Shown: one piece after another, positions 37,690 to 48,684 of the stretch
How positions within the stretch are numbered: position 1 is the first letter of the stretch
Layout: every line of letters starts with the position of its first letter
Source of the DNA: Harriotta raleighana
Taxonomy: Eukaryota
Reading direction: 5' to 3'
Assembly (NCBI GenBank): GCA_050575255.1
Contig: JBNZDD010013567.1
Location: 466,842 to 530,841 of the forward strand
DNA length: 64,000 nt
Translations under genes and position numbers: made by a program
The notes under the pieces: generated by a model
Seen by the model: only the letters and a program-made list of their open reading frames with translations
Told to the model about the DNA's origin: nothing
The model's database searches: none

Positions 37690-37783
37690 GCCCACAAAAT
37701 ACACAATCAATTCACTTTACAGTATATTCTGTGAAGCACTTTGAGATGTTTTGAAGATGTGATAAGGCAAGGATTATTATTAT
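37690..37783 (+). mobile_element. Deu-SINE 3' tail
   Basis: cccacaaaatacacaatcaattcactttacagtatattctgtgaagcactttgag...aaggattattattatt. Confidence 0.8.
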
Positions 37784-38012
37784 TCTCAATGGAACTTGTT
37801 TCGATGGACAAACTTGCAACGATTTGTGAATAGTTTACTCAGTAAAATCACCAGTTTCATTGTATTTTCTTCAGTTTTGCTGGATGAATCATCGTGTTGT
37901 TTGTTTGTACATAATTATCAATATGAGTGGCTTCCCAGAATAAACATGATATTTGAGTCATTCCATTTTTGAGTTGCTTGACTTAAATCCAGCAATGTCA
38001 CATCTGCGTCTT

Positions 38013-38120
38013 TTGCATTCGATATAGTGCTTTTTTCATGTCTTCTAGGCGTCTCAAAGCGCGTCACAGGATATACCGTGAAGTGAAATTGACTGTATAT
38101 TGGTGGGGGAAATGCGGCAT
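38013..38120 (-). mobile_element. Deu-SINE 3' tail
   Basis: tgcattcgatatagtgcttttttcatgtcttctaggcgtctcaaagcgcgtcacagg. Confidence 0.75.
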
Positions 38121-38238
38121 CAACGATATTAATGATATTTAATGTTGCCTTTGCATTGCATGTTTGTCAGTGAATTACAACAATTTTGAGCTCAGGCATC
38201 ATGAATTGATGGAGATTATACCCTTGACACCAGTTGAG

Positions 38239-38556
38239 TAATAATAACAATAATAATCCTTGCATTTGTTGTAGTGTTTTTCACATTGTCTAGACATCTC
38301 AAAACGCTTCACAGAGTATACTGTAAAGTGAATTGACAGTATGTTTGTGGGAAAAACGCAACAGCTAATTGCACACAGCAGTGCCCCTCAAACAGTCATA
38401 AACTGAGTGACCAAATCCTTTATTGGTTTTTTTCAAGAGATTATTATCAGACATGTGGAGTAAAATAAACTTGCCCAAGGTTTCACTCTGCCCGGAATTG
38501 AACCCAGGTATTTCGCTTGTAAGGTGAGTCCTCTAACCGCTGAGCTACAGGACTCC
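38239..38556 (-). mobile_element. tRNA-derived Deu-SINE, full length
   Basis: Ends in ...ggaattgaacccagg...ctctaaccgctgagctacaggactcc (reversed tRNA head); Deu core and (AAT)n are present. Confidence 0.92.
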
Positions 38557-40242
38557 ACAGTGTATGTAGTGGAAGGAGATGTGTGATTCACCCTAAACTT
38601 GGCTCCCAGCAGGACAACCCCATTACAATGAGGCTGGGCAATGCCAATAGTTTTTTTCTGTTTGAAATTTTGAGTTGCTGTGCTCTGTTGCAGACTGTAG
38701 GTGAACCCAACGAGTTGGTCAACCCTAATGTTGATTGAAAAGCAGCTACAATCATTTTGAAGAAAATCCTGTTGTTTATTCAAAGTTTAATTTGTATCCA
38801 TTAACATCAGTTCTAAGTTTAAATCACCAATTAAATAACTTAGATGCTCCAGATTGGAATTAATTAACCGTCAGAATTGTACCAATATCTCTGTACCAAT
38901 GCCTTCCTTCGTATCCTGATCCTTGGTGAGCAACATTGGCTCATTTACCTGCAGAAACTCAAACAATATTGCTTTTGAAGGGTGAGTTACTGAATTGGTT
39001 AGGGAATAATTTCTGACGACATCTTGGTACGGCATAAACGAAAAAGAAAAATGTTTGTTGGAAACAGAAGTTCTGTTGCACAATGATGAGATTACACAAC
39101 TGGAAGAGGCATGTTCTTGATTTTTTTGAACAATTTGGAAACAATTTAGCATATATTCAAACATTAAAGACTTGTCAAGTTAGTCACTTCCCAGTGCCTA
39201 ATGAAAACCATGAAATTCAGTCACGGAATTCTCAACATTCACATGGAAAATGTTCTTGCAGGAAATGCAAAAAATAATAATTAAATATGGGATAGAGTGT
39301 CAGCTATTCAATCCAACCAATGAATCATGCTCATCGGAATCATCAAACAACACTTAAAAACTCTGAAAAGCATCTTTGTTCTTCATAGAGTGACTCTGTC
39401 ATCCACATGCATAGAAATTGAATTCGAATGCCAATCTGGTTTCACTGTATAACATTCTATGAATGCTTTTTATAAAAATAAAAATTACAAACCGCATCTT
39501 CTCAGCCTTTTAAGAAAGCAACTTAATGGATTGGGTTTCCTGTGCCTAAGGACATCACTTTCAATTGGTGATTTGAATTCCCTTTTTGGATAGCGGTGTC
39601 TTTTACTCCAATCCCACTTTTCAGTGTTATCAGACAGAGCTCATGGTATCTTCACAATTGAAAGTGACTAGAGAAGCCACAAGTCATAAATCCACGAGTG
39701 TTCTGGTCAATTCACTGACCAGTGCTATTCCTGATATCTGGTAAATTTATTTTGAAAGTAATAATTCTAATCCTTTTTTGGTACTGTTTTTGGTGTGATA
39801 ATCCTGCTTCTGATGTCATATTTTCATTATAATGTAATATCAGTACAGTAGAAATACAACTCATTTCATCCACAAAATATATAGTGAATTCATTTTACAA
39901 TATATTCTGTGAAGTGTTTGAGATGTGTTGAAGATGTGATGAGACGCATGAAGCAGCTTTTTATAAACATATTTGTAAGTTATGATTGTTTCAACTGGGT
40001 CCCAGTGTAAAGGAGTTATATACTAGAATGCAACTATTCCTGTTAACTGTAGATTGCTGTCCGTGAGTTAGAAAAAAAAGATAGAAATATTTTAACTTTT
40101 ATCTCAAACTATCACACCAAACCACCTGAAAGCATTTAACAGATAATTCCTGTGTGATCACTTTAATTCCAGGCAAAGTTGAAAGCTATGTGACCAACAC
40201 AGACCCAGAGATATTCATGAGGTCAACAACCTATTAATCTGG

Positions 40243-40462
40243 AGGATTATGGGCTAGAACATTGGGAGAAACTCCTTTTCTGTTTTTGAATAGAGGAATC
40301 TTTAGCAAACCACCTGAATAGACAGACAGAGGATGTCAGTTTAACATCTCGTCCTAGAGATGAGACTTCTGACAATGAAGTGGGCTCCAATTGCGGTGGG
40401 CTTGAACCCATAACCTTCTGACCCAGAGTTGAGAGTGCCACCAGCTGAGCCAATCTGACACA
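40243..40462 (-). mobile_element. SacSINE1-like tRNA-headed SINE, 5' part
   Basis: Reverse complement gtgtcagattggctcagctggtggcactctcaactctgggtcagaaggttatgggttcaagccc ... gacgagatgttaaactga..tctgtctgtctattcaggtgg has A/B boxes and an AmnSINE1/SacSINE1-like body. Confidence 0.7.
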
Positions 40463-41032
40463 CTGATGCCTTGTGTACACATTGTGAATGGAGCATGGGG
40501 CAGTTCGGCAGGTGGCCTGCTATCTATTCAACCATCAGTCAGACATGAGAATTTAATTCCATTGGAGTACTGTATTTAAAAAAATTTACACCCTTTCCAA
40601 AGGGCTGTTTTGACAGAACCTTTCAGCACATGAAAATTTTACCCTGGTTAAGTTGCCGATCAACAAGTGCTCGTTTGGGTCTCCCTGCAGTTTAGACTAT
40701 TCATCATTGAGTACAAAAGAGGGGGTTCTCCTGTAATGTGATAATATATGTTGATGATACATACTTATATAGACGTGCGGTTTGAAGATTTGTTATGCTA
40801 TTCCACTGTCGCAGAGGACTACAGAAGGAGTCTCCCAAGAAAAGCAATTAATACTGCATCGATGCTGTCATTCACATTTCCTGAGAGACTCTGCACACTA
40901 GAGTCTCTCATTGGATTTTATTTATTTCCAGAGTTCTGCCCCAAATTCCACTGAAATGCATTGCATTTACTTCATTGGTAGAACTAATTTATTGGTGTAT
41001 TATCAATGTATCTCTTCTGTTTATACCAACAT

Positions 41033-41280
41033 CAATAATAATACTTGCATTTGAAATAGCTCGTTTCAGGTTTAAAGGATATTTTTAAAATGTTTGACAA
41101 GATTTTCTGTATAGTGTAGTGACTGCGGGTTTTGCAGTTGAACGTAGCTGCCTATTTGTGCACATCAGTGCCATACAAACATTTTTTTAAAATTCTTGCA
41201 TTTGATATAGTGTCTTATCACATCATTGAGATGCCTCAAAGTGCTTCACTGTAAAATAAATTGGCTGTGTGGTGGGCAAA
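41033..41280 (-). mobile_element. two tandem Deu-SINE 3' fragments
   Basis: Two successive cttgcatttga... tails at ~41044 and ~41195. Confidence 0.7.
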
Positions 41281-41359
41281 AATATACACATATTACAGAT
41301 ACCTCCATCCCTAAAAGGAATCGGTTCTGAAGATTATTGTTTATAAATAATTAGGGAAT

Positions 41360-41420
41360 CAACAACAACAACAACTTCAATTTATATAGCGCCCTCCACG
41401 CCGGATGGCGTCTCAGAGCT
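41360..41420 (-). mobile_element. L2 3' tail of the family at 25.8 kb
   Basis: caacaacaacaacaacttcaatttatatagcgccctccacgccggatggcgtctcagagc. Confidence 0.8.
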
Positions 41421-41724
41421 TAATGAATCAATAGTTTCATTAAGCTGCCTCCTTGTTCCTGTCTTTGGATCATGTTTAATGAATAATGGTTGGCCTCCAC
41501 TTCTACCACTGTGCTGTGTGATGCCCAGGAGTTTACATCAGGCTGCAGTTAGGAGGGAACAAACAGTGGCAGGCTGCTCCTCCAACCTCTGGTATGTATC
41601 TGTGGTAGAAGTACTGTGGAATGCAGCTTTTGAGAGAACGTGGGATGTTGCTCCTATTAAAAACAAGGTAACATATGTAACATAAAATATATGTTGAATC
41701 TTTTAACTAAATTAAACCTCAAAT

Positions 41725-41907
41725 GAAAAAAAAGTGGTACTCAATCCGCAACTGTTTGTGGGACACTGCTGTGTGCTATTGGTTGCCACGTTTCACCCAC
41801 AATATATACACAATATAATTCACTTTGCAGTACTGTATATTCTGTGAAGGGTCTTTGAAGCAAAGACCTGATAAAGCACTACATCAAGTGCAAGGATTAT
41901 TCTTATT
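41725..41907 (+). mobile_element. Deu-SINE 3' half
   Basis: actgtttgtgggacactgctgtgtgctattggttgccacgtttc ... caagtgcaaggattatt. Confidence 0.82.
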
Positions 41908-42257
41908 GGAAAACGAATAATGTGATCTGTGCGCATTGATACCTAGCTCTGTTGTAAGATCTTGAATGGTCTAAGGAGGTAACGTAGTACTTATACATTA
42001 CAGTAACATTCCATGAGGTTCGTGTGAATGTTTCTCACCTGATGTGTGCGAGTGAAATAGTTGATCATTCTCTAGCACAATCGCATGCAATGTCTCGTTA
42101 GAAGTTTAATTGAAGAAAGCCCTTCAAGATTATTTGACTTCATTCTTATAGGATATTACCCATACTGTCTTTCGATGACCTATGTGAAGTGTGGTGTTGC
42201 TGAGAATATGATAACTCCATACATGGCTTTAGACACACATAAAGCAACTATGTGCTC

Positions 42258-42580
42258 ATAATAATAATCCTTGCAGTTGATATAGTGCTTTTCACATCTT
42301 ATCAATGTCTCAAAGCGCTTCACAGAATTTACTGGAAAGTGAATTGCTGTATATTTGTGGGCGAAACGTGGCAGCTGATTGCGCACAGCAGCTTCCCACA
42401 AACAGTCGTGGATTGAAAATGACGAATTTGTATTACAGTATTGTGTGTTTTTTTTTGATGGATTATTATTAAGCTTGTGGAGTAAGGAAATTTGCCCAAG
42501 GTTTCACCCTGTTCTGCTTGGATTCAAACACAGGTCTCACGCTTGTCATGTGAGTGCTCTAACCACTGAGCTACAGGAGC
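42258..42580 (-). mobile_element. tRNA-derived Deu-SINE, full length
   Basis: Reversed head ...gagtgctctaaccactgagctacagga, Deu core and (AAT)n. Confidence 0.92.
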
Positions 42581-43371
42581 TATAGTTCACACATCTGTGT
42601 ATTATAGTTCTCCCTTGGGATCATTGGCCTCAGAGAGCACCCAGTTGAAATTATATTTTGAGTATTATCATGTGTGCTGGACTTGGGCCCTTCGTGGAGA
42701 ACAGTCCTTTCTTAAAAATAAACTTGCTTTTAATTATTTCTGGGAAAAATTTATATTGTGTCCAAAAGTAAGGAATGAAATACAGTATTTGGAAACGTAG
42801 AGAGTGCTGGCAACCAGTCCTCTCCTCAACTAAGCTTGGTATTGTTTTCGCAGCATCCAGTGTCAAAATGCAGCTTTGTGAGGATGCAGTTTGTTGCAGC
42901 ACTGATTGGTTTGTAAGTTAATAGCGTCAGGACCCCACTTAGTGTGGTAGTTGAAAAACATTCCCTTGAGCTTTTCAGCCAGTTATCCAGCAAAAAAAAA
43001 GTCTGACTTTCTTGCAGCTCAGGGTAAGTTCCTGCAAATCCCACAAGAAGTGACATTGGCTGTGATCTGAGTACAGAACCTGGAAGTAGGCAGTTTTTCT
43101 TTTGAACACCAGTTGCAGCCACCTTAGGAGATTGTGGATCCCAACTGCTGAATTATAAGGAAGCTTCACTGCAATTGTTTTTGTCACTTCTGCAATTCAT
43201 CTCTCCAGAGCTGAGGCAGGTGTACCAATATTTTGAACCAATTCCTGTGTGGTAAGTATACAGTGGGCATTTTGTGTTGGTTATCTCCAGAACATGAGAT
43301 CAAGTGGGTTTCCTGTTTTTGGAAAGCCACCTGTCAGATATCATTACTGTCGAAAGTCGAAATGTTTATCA

Positions 43372-43694
43372 AATAATAATAATAATAATAATCCTTGCAT
43401 TTGATATAGCGCTTTTCACATCTTATCGACGTCCCAAAGCGCTTCACAGAATATACTGAAAAGTGATTTGACTGTATATTTGTGGGCAGAATGCGGCAGC
43501 CAATTGCGCACAGCAGTGTCCCACAAACAGTCATAGATTGAAATGACCAATTTTATTATTGTGTTTTTTTTGGAGGGATTATTATTAGGCATGTGGAGTA
43601 AGGAAACTTGCCCAAGGTTTTGTCCTGATCTGCCTGGATTCGAACACAGGTCTCATGCTTGCAAGGCGAGTGCTCTAACCACTAAGCCACAGGA
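43372..43694 (-). mobile_element. tRNA-derived Deu-SINE, full length, relatively young
   Basis: ggattcgaacac (B box), cttgcaaggcgagtgctctaaccact, intact Deu core gcggcagccaattgcgcacagcagtgtcccacaaacag and a near-perfect 3' hairpin. Confidence 0.93.
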
Positions 43695-43844
43695 TAAATA
43701 AATAACATAATGGGTGCCAACTACAATCACTGATACAATTGGTATCAAGTCTCTGCCGGATTGTAATTACAGGCTAGAAAAGTTAAGGGTAATTTTGTTG
43801 TTCTTGTTGATTTCATGTAAGAATTGTTTTCGCCTCTAAAAATA

Positions 43845-44248
43845 CAGTAAAACCTTGTTCATCTGTGACCCGATCAACCGGATTGCTCCACCCCCTTCCG
43901 GGGCAATTCCCCATTCCAGAATCGCGAGTTTGCTCACTTTGCTCATGCGTGCAATGCATGCACATGCGCACTTAGTAAACCTACGCAGTTGGGTTTTTTA
44001 CCGATCAGCAAAAAATGCTGTTTTACCGATTTTTCCCCCCGACTGTGCTGGAATGCTTTGTTGGTAAGTATCCACACAATATTCTGTTACTACATAGTGT
44101 ATTATTAACATGGTATAATTTAAAATAAGTTAATTTTTTAGGTTGGGTTTTCGGCAACTTGTCCCCCATTTATCCAGCACAGTCAATTAGTTGACCCCAC
44201 CCCCCCCCCCCCCCCCCCCGAGCGTGCCAGATAAACTGGATTTTACTG
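43845..44248. mobile_element. Tigger/pogo-like MITE, copy 3
   Basis: TA|CAGTAAAACCTTGTTCATCTGTGACCCGATCAAC ... GCCAGATAAACTGGATTTTACTG|TG; same TIR family and same orientation as copy 2. Confidence 0.8.
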
Positions 44249-45510
44249 TGGTCGGATATTTGGTGCTGGGAAATGGAACATCTTTGTTCCCACTTACCAT
44301 CCAGGCCAACCACTGCATGTTGCTATGTCAGTGTGGTATCGTACACATGCAGAATAAATCTGCAGCTTTGCTATCCCTGCAATAAAGTTTCTGAGTATCA
44401 TCAGCTTCAAAGCTTTTATTTCTTTGTTGAAACTCACAACCCTCTGTGTAGGGAGGAGACAACAAAGCCCTCATTTTTCTTTACATTTGACACTCCAGAA
44501 TTTATGCCGCCTTGATGTCAACACGTCAATCAGCAAGAATTATTTTTTCCCAATTTATCCTCACAAAATCCGATCAGAATTTTACCAGGAACCTTAAGTT
44601 TACCGTCTCATCACGTCAAAATGTCTCAAAATGTTTCAGAGATATTTTTTGCTTTTCTGGAATAACAGGATTCTATGAGATGTCAACATAGATGGACATT
44701 GAAGATGAGAGCCTTGAGGGTCCCTGCATTTTGCTGAATTGGTTTTTGAAAATGCAAATTCATTTGGTTGATCTATTAAATCTGATGCTGTACTTTTGGT
44801 ACATTTCATAGGGAGGCCTGTATTTAGTGACGTGCACTTTGAATGAGATTGAATTACTCCTGAAAGGTTTGGCCCCAGCAATGTGGTTTGAAAATATAAG
44901 GTGTTTGGAAACATAATTTCCAAATTATGGACAAAGCATTTTTTCCTTTCCATTGTATAAGGTGTCATTTTATGCAAAAAAAAATTCACAAAATGTATAA
45001 ATGCTTTCAAATTCAGCCCGGCTGATGGCTGTTCGGGCAGTTTGTATACATTACAAACTCTTGCATTACACTGAGTAATTAAAAACTGTCCTGCAGGAAT
45101 CTGTCAATGTAGTAATAATAATACTAACAAAATAAAATCTTGTGTACATTTGTGCAATTCATTTTCTATTTCAGGCCAGATGTGAAATTCTGGCTTTTCT
45201 TTATTCTCAACCCTGTCAGCGGTGAAGTACTCCTTACACAGCACACAATCTGGATAACTGAACAAAAAAGTTTACATAGTTTAACATTTTTTAATTATAT
45301 GCTTGGTCAAATGACATAAATATTTTAAGATTAATTTACAAACATACTTCTGGCTCTCATCATCCAGTTCTTTTTTGTGGCGATAAAATCTAATGGGGTG
45401 CTTTAGTTACACAAACCCCTCCAACATGCAGAATGTGAAATGGGTAAACAAAGTACAATATCTCCATCTTTTTACTGAACTGCACTGGTTTGTCCATTTG
45501 GTACATCTTA

Positions 45511-45808
45511 ATTAATAATAATAATAATCCATGCATTTGATTTAGCGCCTTATCCCGTTGTTGAAACGTCTCAAAGCGCTTTGCAGGATTTACTGTGAAG
45601 TGTTAAAGTAGCAGTGTTTTGTAGACATATGAAGCAACCAATTTGCACCCAGCAATGTCTCACAAACAGCTGTGAAGCCAGTGAACAATGTTGTTGTTTT
45701 CCCGACAAAGGCATGCAATCAATTCACTTCACAGTATATTCCGTGAAGTGGTTAGAGACATTTTGAAGATGCATTAAGGCACTACATCAAATGCAAGGAT
45801 TACTTATT
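45511..45808. mobile_element. two Deu-SINE 3' halves joined back-to-back (minus then plus)
   Basis: Starts (AAT)n-ccatgcatttga and ends caaatgcaaggattacttatt. Confidence 0.8.
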
Positions 45809-46772
45809 AAATGTTATCTTATATTCACATTATATACATGTAATTTATAGTTTAAAAACTATAAAACTGTTCAAAAAAATTGGGAAAACTCTTCAATTCT
45901 TCAACGCTTTTGGTGTAAAGGAAGCCAAATAGAGTGAGACACAGCTGCAGCTTTGCTGGTATGAGAATAGTACTGGAAGGTTATAAATGTTTGTATTTTA
46001 GATGACCTGGTCCTGATTTTATTATGTAATCCTCAAAGGATAGAGTAGTCACTCAGATAATCTTTTCAGCTTCTAATCAGATCAGTGAAAGTTCAAACAC
46101 GAAACCTCTCCTGGAATAACTCCACTGTGACGCTTCTGAAGAATTTCAAAATGAGTCAGCATTTCTGTGTCTGCTATGACGGGAGCCAGATGCTGGTGAA
46201 TTTGCTAAATAATTTCTGCGTTGGGACGATAGGGAGAAGCAGGGAAAATAAGAAAGATCTCTCGTAAACTATGTGCTCCCTCTGCATTCTCCATGATCCA
46301 TTAGCGCCAGGACAAACTGCATTTTACTGTGCCTGTAGTTCAAGGTGTTTGTTTAATCCTTGAATTTAGGCACAGTACATTTTATCAGGTAGTCCATCAG
46401 GTCAAATGAGAGGTTTTGAAGCCGTGATAAGGTGCTGTATCAAATGCAAGTATTATTATTTATTATTAAGTGTTGGAACTATTGCACAGGCTATAGTGGA
46501 GCTTCTAGATGGAGCAGTATTGTACTTGTCACAAAGAGAGATTTGTTTCAAACTGACCTTGCAAAATAATAAACTACTAGAATCTGCAATATTTCTTTTA
46601 TCTGCGCCTTTTTAAAAAAATATGTATTTCTGTGAACTTTCCAAAAAAAATGCTTTCACTGCAGTTATTGCAGTTTATTTCACTTGTTACTTGTAGACAG
46701 CAGATGTGTTAGTTTACAGGATCAGTGTGCAATACTGTAAAACTGCTATCAACTCACTGTCTGCTTCATTCG

Positions 46773-46791
46773 TTGCCACCTAGTGACAGCT
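46773..46791 (+). promoter_or_regulatory. candidate CTCF site
   Basis: TTGCCACCTAGTGACAG is one mismatch from the common CCACCTAGTGGCAG CTCF core; motif match only. Confidence 0.3.
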
Positions 46792-46954
46792 AGAGGTTTT
46801 GCAGACAAGATCAGCAGGCTGGTCACGATTTATCACTTCAGCGAAATAGAATTCATCAGTTAATTTAATTCATTTTTAAAATTTCAAATCAAACTTTTCT
46901 GCTTCATCGAGATTTACCCAATCAAAGTCTCTACCTGTCTGTTGGGAAATACAA

Positions 46955-47054
46955 AATGACAGTCAATTCACTTTACGATATATCCTGTGAATTGCTTTGA
47001 GACGTTTCCAAGGTGATAATGGGCTGCATCAAATGTAAGGATTATTATTATTAT
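46955..47054 (+). mobile_element. Deu-SINE 3' tail
   Basis: cagtcaattcactttacgatatatcctgtgaattgctttgagacg...aaatgtaaggattattattatt. Confidence 0.78.
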
Positions 47055-47323
47055 AACAGGAAGCTGATCCATTTGATGGGAAACATTTGTTAGCGTATAG
47101 AAAACAGCACTGCAAGCATAGGGTAACATGCTTAAAATGTGTTTTAAACTAACAGTTTGCAATGCAGTCTTTAGAGAGTCTGAATCACTTGGATGCTGTA
47201 ATTCCCTCCAGAACATCATCACTTATGGATGAATTTATCTTCTCTGGGACGCTGAGCCATTCATAGTCTTGACCGAGCCACAAGAAACAACCTAAATGAG
47301 CATTGTTTCTCTTTTCTCTCCAG

Positions 47324-47415
47324 GTCACATTCAAAACACCTGCTGTCCAGAATGGCTTCCCCCACTGCCGACTGTAAACTCGGAATCTGTGCCCTTGAAG
47401 TGGAGCCCAAATGAG
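47324..47415 (+). other. candidate 92 bp exon
   Basis: Strong acceptor ttgtttctcttttctctccag| and donor GAG|gtaaga; one frame is open (HIQNTCCPEWLPPLPTVNSESVPLKWSPNE) with no recognised homology. Confidence 0.35.
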
Positions 47416-48364
47416 GTAAGATTTGTTACACTACAGCCTCGTGACTGAAGACCCCAAATACTAACGTTCCTTCCACAGAATTGTGAAAAATAATAATGAA
47501 TCCTTGCGTTTGATAGCTTCGGCTCATTCTTAATTTGGAAGATAGTCTCTTCACATCCCCTTGAAAGGCTCGTTAAATTGAGATTATATTTCAGAATTCT
47601 CCGGAATTGTGCACCACGTTGCATTGCAAGCCAAATGATCTGACAGATGTCATTTGGCTAGGATACCGAGAGCAACTCCCTTCTCTTTTTGAACAGCACA
47701 GTGGAATCTTTAAGACCCACCTGTACAGGCAGAGTACCAGGTGTCCCACAATAGATTTGTCTTAATGGGTTAACAAATAAATACTTTTTGGGGGGGGCGG
47801 GGAGGGGGGGGGGGGGGAAACGTTGACTTTCCATTACACAGATCCCTGCAAGTTGTTATAACCACCATGTATGGACCGGTTTAGTTATAGCACAGCATCA
47901 ACAGTTTATATTCTGGATCGTTTACACTGCGGATGTTTCTGATTAAACTGTTATGGATGAATTGGAGTATTGGCTTCTACAACTTGAACTAAAGTGTCTG
48001 TTGTGATCTTCTGCATCACTGCCTTTTACATCGTGGGGCCCCAGCCTAAACCCAAGCTGAAGATTTTACAACTATGAATCAGAGAGAAGATTTAATTTGT
48101 ACCGCCTCATCGCACAACACACACACATATACACATTTACCTGATAAGTAGTTAAGTCTCTTGAGATTTCTATCTCAGAATTAAGGGGTGGATCTTGATG
48201 TGCGTGAGAAAGATAAAATGATATTTTTGCAGGGTTGATACAATGAACTGCTAGACAGATACACACAGATCATTTTGGAGGGGAAGAATTATTTGAGCAT
48301 TAGGACAAACTATTTTCTCCTCTATCAATGAGTGAACCAAACAACTTAGTCCCAAACTACCCGT

Positions 48365-48684
48365 GGAGTCCTGTAGCTCAGTGTTTAGAGCACTTTCCTT
48401 ACATGTAAGAGACCTGGGTTCAATTCCAGACAGGGCAAAACCTTAGACAAGTTTCCTTAATCCACACGCCTAATAATAATCCCTCTCCCCAAAAAAGCAA
48501 TAATAAATTGGTCATTTCAATCCACGACTGTTTGTGGGGACACTGCTGCACCCAATTGGCTGCTGCGTTTCGCCAACATACTGTATCTACAGTCAACTTA
48601 CAGTATATTCTGTGAAGCACTTTGAGATATCTAGAAGATGTGAAAAGCACCATATCAAATGCAAGGATTATTATTATTATTATT
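48365..48684 (+). mobile_element. tRNA-derived Deu-SINE, full length
   Basis: ggagtcctgtagctcagtgtttagagcac...gggttcaattcc, Deu core and (ATT)n. Confidence 0.92.
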
